Positions 57,837-64,000 of a stretch of 64,000 bases of DNA are shown piece by piece. The stretch is from an uncultured delta proteobacterium. GTDB taxonomy: Bacteria > Desulfobacterota > Binatia > Binatales > Binataceae. The notes beneath the pieces are model-generated. The model saw only the letters and a program-made list of their open reading frames with translations, was not told where the DNA came from and searched no databases. The DNA lies in NCBI GenBank assembly GCA_963842085.1, contig CAWJET010000001.1, positions 2,400,001 through 2,464,000 on the forward strand. Reading direction: 5' to 3'. Position 1 is the first letter of the stretch. Each line of letters begins with the position of its first letter. Made by a program: the position numbers and the translations under genes.

Positions 57837-58421
57837 CTATTGGCTGGAGCGGTCGGCCGCCTTTTGCGCGGCTGCGGCCGCTGCCGCCGCAGCGGCGCGG
57901 GTCTGCGCGGCTTTTTCCATCGCGGCCTGGCGCTTCTCGCCGCGTGCGAGATTCTGGTTCATCTGCTTGGCGCCCGCTATCCCGAGGTCCTGCGACTCCC
58001 ACTTGGGCTTCGCTACGGAGACCCATTTCCCATCGTCAAGCGCGTAGGTGAAGACCAAATACTTGAGCTTGCCGGTGGCGAGGCCCTTGGCGGTGCCGCC
58101 TTTTTTGGTCGGGTCGTACTCGACGCCGCCGAGCTTGCAGCTCACGACGAGATGATTGTGCGGGCCGTAAGTCGGCAGGTACTCGAACTTCTGCTGGAGG
58201 TCGATGTATATCTGCCCCTTGCCTTTCTTTTCATCCTGCTCGTCAAAATAAGGCTCGGCTACATCCGAAAGTTTATCCTGCAGCGACTGCTCCAGGGCAG
58301 GCGTGAGGTCCTTTTGCGCGCGCGCGTGCCGCAAGTCCACCGCATGTGCAGGCGGCGCCTCGAGCGAAAACGAAAGCGCAGCCGCAAGGGCGACCGCGCC
58401 GAGTATCCTGAGATTTTTCAT
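57837..58421 (-). CDS. exported hypothetical protein
   Basis: Signal peptide MKNLRILG...AHA; Ala-rich tail; 47 bp downstream of the VWA gene. Confidence 0.75.
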   Translation of the reverse strand: MKNLRILGAVALAAALSFSLEAPPAHAVDLRHARAQKDLTPALEQSLQDKLSDVAEPYFDEQDEKKGKGQIYIDLQQKFEYLPTYGPHNHLVVSCKLGGVEYDPTKKGGTAKGLATGKLKYLVFTYALDDGKWVSVAKPKWESQDLGIAGAKQMNQNLARGEKRQAAMEKAAQTRAAAAAAAAAAQKAADRSSQ

Positions 58422-58468
58422 GACGTCCCGGCCACCATCATAGTAGACGATTGGCCGGGCGCAAATAT

Positions 58469-59689
58469 TTACGGGCTGGAGCTGCTGTTGTTCAGCCCGC
58501 GCCCAAAGGCTGCGACCTGCGACTGCCATTGATCGCCGAACGCGAGGATCAGCACCTGCTGGTTGATGTGCGCGTCCTTGGTCAGCGACTTCATCGAGCC
58601 GCCACCAGCCGTCGCCAGCACTTTGTACGCCGCCTGCGTCTGCCGGTAGAACTCCGGCAGCGGCGAGATCTTCGGCGGCTCCTCGCGATGCACCTTGAGC
58701 CAGAACTCGCGCTCGAAACGCTCGTGCTCTTCAGCCGCCACGTCCACCGTGTTGAAAGTGCCGTTGTTGGTCTTGAACTGGCGGATCAGCGCCAGCAGCG
58801 GTCCGAAGTCCTCCTTATGCGGCGGCGAATCGCCCACCAGCACCACCACCTTCTTGGCGTACGGCTTCCAGTCCATCTTGTTGATTGCCGTCTGACACGC
58901 GCCAAAGGTGTCCTCTTCCCATTCACCGCCGCCCATCGCCTGGATGCCGTTAAGGAAGGTGCTCAGTTTTTGCGGCGACAAGGTCAGCGGCTGGATATGC
59001 ATTGGCTCGCCTTGGCCGCCGAACACGATTATTCCAATTCGCGCGATCGGCACCAGCCGGTGAATCGACTGGACCAACTGCTCCATCTTGGCCTTGACGT
59101 CGTCGATGATCAGTTTCATCGAGCCGGTGCCGTCGATCACCAGCACCACGTCCAGTCCCTTGCGCCGCAGTTCGCCGATAAATCCGCCGAAGCCCGAGCC
59201 GATGCCGTGGCCGTAGCCCGAGCCCATGCCGCCGCCGCGGCCGATGCCGATACCGCCGCCGCCGGCGGCGCGCACGTAGTCGCTGGCCAGGCCCACCGCC
59301 TGCGACGTGTCGACCGCGGTCGGCTGCTCCATCTGCTGCGGCGCCGTGTCGGGCATCGGCACTTCGGGCATGTCGAGATCCTGCATCTCGTTGCCGCCCC
59401 CGCCGCCGCCGCCTGCCTCCAGGTTCACCATGATCAACTCGCGACCCCGCTGCTCGTGCACCGTGATGATCAGGAACAGCAACGCCAGGACGTGAAGGGC
59501 GACCGAGAGGGGAAAGGGCCCGATCAGCAGACCGAGCGCATCTCTCATCTTCTGCAGACGGGTCGCGTCCGCTTCGTCATCGTCGCGGCGCGCTTCGGCC
59601 TCGAGCTCTCGTTTGCCGATTATGCGGTAGAAGATGAAAGCGACGACGAACGTCGAGAGGACGAGCAAAATTATAATTGCTGCGATCAT
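58469..59689 (-). CDS. membrane-anchored VWA protein with TonB-like SxxxH helix
   Basis: Two TM segments, the second LSVALHVLALL; Gly/Pro linker; MIDAS-like DGTGS and LVGDSPPH. Confidence 0.85.
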   Translation of the reverse strand: MIAAIIILLVLSTFVVAFIFYRIIGKRELEAEARRDDDEADATRLQKMRDALGLLIGPFPLSVALHVLALLFLIITVHEQRGRELIMVNLEAGGGGGGGNEMQDLDMPEVPMPDTAPQQMEQPTAVDTSQAVGLASDYVRAAGGGGIGIGRGGGMGSGYGHGIGSGFGGFIGELRRKGLDVVLVIDGTGSMKLIIDDVKAKMEQLVQSIHRLVPIARIGIIVFGGQGEPMHIQPLTLSPQKLSTFLNGIQAMGGGEWEEDTFGACQTAINKMDWKPYAKKVVVLVGDSPPHKEDFGPLLALIRQFKTNNGTFNTVDVAAEEHERFEREFWLKVHREEPPKISPLPEFYRQTQAAYKVLATAGGGSMKSLTKDAHINQQVLILAFGDQWQSQVAAFGRGLNNSSSSP

Positions 59690-59812
59690 ATAGAAACGTG
59701 CTCCCCGCTTGGGCCACGCTTGACGGAGCGGCCGAGGCCGAGGTCCTTATACATTAAGTTTAAGGCCGCGCGGTCTCCGCGGCAACGCGTGATTCCTCCA
59801 AAAGTCAAATTC

Positions 59813-60271
59813 CTACGCTCCGCCGCCCGGCGCTGGCGCACCACCGCCGCCGCCGCCAGGAGGTAGCGACGACACCGCGATCGCGATCGCCTCCGCGCCC
59901 GCCGACTTTGCCACGTCCAGAATACGAACCATATCACCAAGTATAACCTTTGGGTCACCCTGGAAAATCACTATTTTGTCGGTCGAATTCTGGAGCGCGT
60001 CATGAAGCTGCGGCATCAACTCGGGCTCCGTGACCTGCTTGTCGTTCAGATAGATCAAATGGTCGGCGGTGTAAGTGACAATGATGCCCTTGGGCTTTTC
60101 GTTTGGCGCGGTCGAAGCTTCGGCCTTGGGCAAATCGACGTGCGCCGCAGACTCGATTGTCACAGCCGTCGTCACCATGAAAATGATCAGCAGGACCAGA
60201 AAGATATCGGTCAGCGGGGTGATGTTGATATCGGCGAACACCCCGCCGCCCTGGTTTTTACTCATTGCCAT
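59813..60271 (-). CDS. exbD: ExbD/TolR family
   Basis: INITPLTDIFLVLLIIFMV with the conserved Asp. Confidence 0.9.
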   Translation of the reverse strand: MAMSKNQGGGVFADINITPLTDIFLVLLIIFMVTTAVTIESAAHVDLPKAEASTAPNEKPKGIIVTYTADHLIYLNDKQVTEPELMPQLHDALQNSTDKIVIFQGDPKVILGDMVRILDVAKSAGAEAIAIAVSSLPPGGGGGGAPAPGGGA

Positions 60272-60326
60272 GTGCAAATACCTCTGCGGGTGTCGATGCT
60301 CGGGTCAGCCACGGCGGCCGGCCCGC

Positions 60327-60773
60327 TCAACCTCCGGCACCCGACGAGTTGGCTAGTTGCGCACCCGTAACCCGCTTGGCCGCGATTGCAATTTGCGAGG
60401 CTCCGGCAGCCTTGGCAATATTGAGGATCCGTACCATGTCACCGAGCAGCACTTTGCGATCGCCCTGAAACACGACGATCTTCTGGTCAACCTTGCCCAA
60501 CGCGTCGGCCAGACTGGAGCGGAGTTCGCGCTCGGGAACGTCCCTGGAGTTCACGAACAGCTCGTGCTGGGCGGTGTAGGTCACGATGACGCCCTTGTTC
60601 TCGGGCGCGGTGTTGGTCGCGGTCGGCAGATCGACGTGCGCGGCGGACTCGATGGTGACCGAAGTGGTCACCATGAAGATGATCAGCAGCACCAGGAAGA
60701 TATCGGTCAGCGGCGTGATATTGATGTCGGCGAAAACGCCGCCACCGCTGGTATGCGGTCCGCTAATTGCCAC
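60327..60773 (-). CDS. exbD: ExbD/TolR family (paralog)
   Basis: Same TM motif; overlaps the exbB stop. Confidence 0.9.
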   Translation of the reverse strand: MAISGPHTSGGGVFADINITPLTDIFLVLLIIFMVTTSVTIESAAHVDLPTATNTAPENKGVIVTYTAQHELFVNSRDVPERELRSSLADALGKVDQKIVVFQGDRKVLLGDMVRILNIAKAAGASQIAIAAKRVTGAQLANSSGAGG

Positions 60774-61404
60774 GCGCCTGTCTCCCCTGGAGTACTGCGT
60801 CGATCAGGCGGTCGTCATTGATGTGCTGGATGGCGCTGATGTTCTCAACCTTGACTGAGAAATAGTTGTAGAAGATAACCGCGACGATCGCGACCGCGAG
60901 TCCAAGCGCCGTCGAAATCAACGCTTCCGAAATACCGGCCGCGACGACCGAGAAACCGCCGGTGCCCATGATTGCCATCGATTGGAACGCCACCAGAATG
61001 CCGACGACCGTGCCGAACAGCCCGATGAACGGCGCCGACGCGCCGGCGGTTGCCAGCACCCAGATGTAGCGCTTGAATTCGAGACCTTCCTGGTAACGGC
61101 GTTCGTCGTCGAGCTCGAGCAGATGATCGCGGTCCATCGTCTGCGAACCCGAAATCAGGGTGTGGTAAATGCGCTCGGCCGCGGTGGCGCGCGCCTGGGT
61201 CGCCTGCAACGCTTCGTTGATCTTGCCCTGCCGCAGTTGGGGAATCAGCGAGTCGGCCAGCTTGGCCGTCTTGGGTCCGACACCCCACAGCGCCCAGACC
61301 CGTTCGAAAATGATTGCCAGGCAGACCACCGAAATGAAGAGCAGGGGATACGTCGCGTAGTAGCCCTGCTGAATCATCGCCAGAATACCGAAGTTGCTTT
61401 GCAT
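60763..61404 (-). CDS. exbB: MotA/TolQ/ExbB proton channel
   Basis: APFIGLFGTVVGI, GISEALISTALGL. Confidence 0.92.
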   Translation of the reverse strand: MQSNFGILAMIQQGYYATYPLLFISVVCLAIIFERVWALWGVGPKTAKLADSLIPQLRQGKINEALQATQARATAAERIYHTLISGSQTMDRDHLLELDDERRYQEGLEFKRYIWVLATAGASAPFIGLFGTVVGILVAFQSMAIMGTGGFSVVAAGISEALISTALGLAVAIVAVIFYNYFSVKVENISAIQHINDDRLIDAVLQGRQARGN

Positions 61405-61943
61405 CTCTTATCCCTCTCGAGAGTGTAATAGATTAGAGCGGCGAAATTTTGGCTCCGCTCGAACCGTTGAATAACTGCCCCAAACTGCCTTAGCGGTTCT
61501 CCCTTGAACCGGTCGTTAGCCCAGTTTTAACGGATTGGGTTCCCACCAGCCGGTCAAACTCGTCCGCGATGGCGCGGAAAGTCTGAATGCAACAATAGGA
61601 AGTATTTGTCAAGAGTCGCCGCAAGGAAGCAAAATTGCCGTTTGGCTCGTCCATAATTGCGAACGAGCACGGTGACTTCCCGCGCCGTGCCACGCTGCGC
61701 AACGCTCCCCCCACGCTCGATTATCGGGTTGAAGCATCACTTAATCTACGCCATTGTCAATGCCGGCGACTACCGCAAACCGGTCCCCGACGGCACCGCC
61801 GGCGCAACTCGTCGCCTTGACTTCTTGGTCCCTCACGTCTATCCAGAAGCTTGTCAGGCCACGCCGCAGGTTGACCGCGATGCGGTCATTATTTTTTTGG
61901 CGATTGACGCTTGAGAAATCTGTACCCACCATGTCTTTTGACG

Positions 61944-62510
61944 ATGAATAGTCCCGGTCTGTTCATTCGGGCTGCGCTGGCCGCCGCGTGCGTGCTCGGA
62001 TTCGCCGCTTGCAAAGCAAAGCCGGTGGTTGCTCCCGTTGCACCTCCCGTCGTGCAGGTTTCGATGACCGCGCCGGATGAGCCCACCAACGCATTGCCGC
62101 CGGACCTGTACAAGGCGATGCCGATATATCCAGGCGCCGCGATCGACCATGTCCGCAAACCAAAAGGTGCGATGCGCGAGATTCTGTTCATTTCCAACGC
62201 CTCGATGCCGCAGATGGTTGCCTACTACAAGGACGCGCTGAAGAAGGGTGACTTCCACATCACCTCGTCGCTCATCATGCCGGCGCGCAGGACCTGGTCG
62301 TGCGATTTCAACTACGATGGGCGCCCCGGCAGCCTCATGCTGTACCCGAGCGATCAGGATAAGTCGAAGATGACGATCGATCTCATCTACGAGCTGCCGG
62401 CGCATATGGACGAATCCATGATGGAACCCCAGGAAAAGTTTGACATAGAAGGACCGGGCGAAATGGCCCAGCAAGCACCAAATCCCACGGAGAAAGAGAA
62501 GAGGAATTAG
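61944..62510 (+). CDS. putative lipoprotein
   Basis: Hydrophobic signal ending FAA-C; PIYPGA motif. Confidence 0.75.
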   Translation: MNSPGLFIRAALAAACVLGFAACKAKPVVAPVAPPVVQVSMTAPDEPTNALPPDLYKAMPIYPGAAIDHVRKPKGAMREILFISNASMPQMVAYYKDALKKGDFHITSSLIMPARRTWSCDFNYDGRPGSLMLYPSDQDKSKMTIDLIYELPAHMDESMMEPQEKFDIEGPGEMAQQAPNPTEKEKRN

Positions 62511-62514
62511 CGAA

Positions 62515-63447
62515 ATGGCACTACTGACAGGCAAAGTTGCGGTAATCACTGGCGCCGGCCGCGGCATCGGGCGCGAAGAGGCGTTGTTGCTGGCCAAGCA
62601 CGGGGCCAAGGTGGTCGTCAATGACCTTGGCGGTCACTTCGACGGGACCGGGCAGTCGCGCTCCCCGGCCGAGGACGTCGTCAAGGAAATCCGCTCGGCT
62701 GGCGGCGAGGCGGTCGCCAACTTCGAGAGCGTGACCGACTTCAAGGCCGCCAAGCGAATCGTCGATTGCGCCATCGACAACTTCGGCAAGTTGAACATCG
62801 TCGTCAACAACGCCGGCATCCTGCGCGACCGCATGATCTTCAACATGAGCGAAGAAGACTGGGACGCGATCGTCACCGTCCATCTGAAAGGCTCATTCAA
62901 CGTCGCCCGCCACGCGACCGCCTACTGGCGCGAGCAGCACAAGGCCGGCAACGTGCTCAACGGCCGGCTCATCAACACCAGCTCCGACTCGGGCATCCTG
63001 GGCAACGCGGGGCAGAGCAACTACGGCTCGGCCAAGGCGGCGGTCGCCGCGATGGCGATAATCGTCGATCGCGAGATGAGCCGCTACGGCGTCACCGCCA
63101 ACGCGATCGCGCCGGTCGCGCGCACCCGCCTGACCGTCGACGCGACTCCGCAGACCGCCGCCGGCATGGCGCAGAAGGCGGGCGAATGGGACGCATTCAC
63201 GCCCGCGCACGTCGCGCCGCTGGTCGCGTGGCTGGCGAGCGACGACGCCAAAGACGTTCACGGCGAAGTGTTCCGCGTCGGCATGGGCAACGTGTGGCTG
63301 ATGCGCGGATGGCACACCGGCGCCAGGGTCTCGAAGAAAGGCTCGATGTGGGAGCCGGCGGAACTCGGCGCCAAGCTCAAGGAAGAGCTCGCCAAGGGCG
63401 TGACCAAGAAGGAGAGCATGGGCGAGGTGATGGGCGGGGGCGTGTAA
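62515..63447 (+). CDS. SDR (MFE-2/17beta-HSD4-like)
   Basis: TGAGRGIG, VVVNDLG, NNAGILRD, YGSAK. Confidence 0.92.
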   Translation: MALLTGKVAVITGAGRGIGREEALLLAKHGAKVVVNDLGGHFDGTGQSRSPAEDVVKEIRSAGGEAVANFESVTDFKAAKRIVDCAIDNFGKLNIVVNNAGILRDRMIFNMSEEDWDAIVTVHLKGSFNVARHATAYWREQHKAGNVLNGRLINTSSDSGILGNAGQSNYGSAKAAVAAMAIIVDREMSRYGVTANAIAPVARTRLTVDATPQTAAGMAQKAGEWDAFTPAHVAPLVAWLASDDAKDVHGEVFRVGMGNVWLMRGWHTGARVSKKGSMWEPAELGAKLKEELAKGVTKKESMGEVMGGGV

Positions 63448-63451
63448 ATTT

Positions 63452-63973
63452 TTGACGGCCGAGAAGCAACCGAAGCGCGCGGCTCATCGTGAGCCGCGCT
63501 TTCGTTCCATCCTGTTCATTTGCGCCGCCAACACCGCGCGCAGCGTGATGGCCGAGCATATCCTGCGCCGCGAGCTCGACGCGCTCGGCTTCGAGCACAA
63601 TATTACGATTACCTCGGCCGGAATCGCGCCGTACGCGCGCGACGGCGCATTGGTCTCGCTCGACACGCGGATGGCGCTGCGCGAAGTCGGCATCGACATC
63701 GGCGACGAAGCGACCTCCACTGATCTGAAGCGGCACCCCGAGATGCTCGAGCAGACCGATCTCATCATCGCGATGACCGAGCAGCAGGCGCGCGAGCTGG
63801 TCGAGCGCTTTCCCGGCGCGCGGGAGCGGCCGGTGTTCACCCTGCGTTCGTTCGCGGGTGAGGCCGGCGATATCGACGACCCCTACGAAAAGGGCGACCT
63901 CGTATTCGCCGAATGCCGCCAGGAAATCCATCGCCTCGTCTCGACGATCATCGAGCGGCTGTTTCATCCCTAA
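63452..63973 (+). CDS. low-molecular-weight phosphatase family
   Basis: FICAANTARS (CX5RS), SAG, DDPY. Confidence 0.85.
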   Translation: MTAEKQPKRAAHREPRFRSILFICAANTARSVMAEHILRRELDALGFEHNITITSAGIAPYARDGALVSLDTRMALREVGIDIGDEATSTDLKRHPEMLEQTDLIIAMTEQQARELVERFPGARERPVFTLRSFAGEAGDIDDPYEKGDLVFAECRQEIHRLVSTIIERLFHP

Positions 63974-64000
63974 TCAGATGGCGACCGAATTCAGCAATCC

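Noticed and set aside
59813-60773. exbD similarity as an assembly duplication
   Set aside because: The copies differ at synonymous sites and in their C-termini, so they are genuine paralogs.
63978-64000. Start of a further CDS (ATG GCG ACC GAA TTC)
   Set aside because: Only 23 nt visible; cannot be assigned.

Overview
High-GC bacterial chromosomal segment. Gene content is consistent with a soil Deltaproteobacteria-like lineage such as Candidatus Binatia (inference only). It is mostly housekeeping and metabolic genes: coaE, cobS, panE, prfB with a +1 frameshift, lnt, ybeY, phoH, alaS, recA, thpR, dciA, nrdJ with tandem NrdR boxes, phaC, lutBCA, queG, iscA/erpA, cysS and ltaE. No rRNA, tRNA, CRISPR array, transposase or integrase was seen. 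The most notable unexplained structure: (1) a DUF559/Vsr-like nuclease gene between 52-bp inverted repeats, with four more copies of the repeat elsewhere, at least one translated in frame inside a lytic transglycosylase; (2) a second palindromic repeat family bracketing single genes (DUF445, cysS) as direct repeats; (3) a ~500-bp patch of near-randomised synonymous sites inside alaS and an A-ending codon patch in a fabG-like gene; (4) an ExbB-ExbD-ExbD motor followed by a TonB-type SxxxH membrane anchor fused to a VWA domain; (5) an AbiGi/ART-like gene in the usual corC/ybeX slot; (6) a toxin-antitoxin cassette bounded by 17-bp inverted repeats; (7) a candidate structured RNA after nrdJ.
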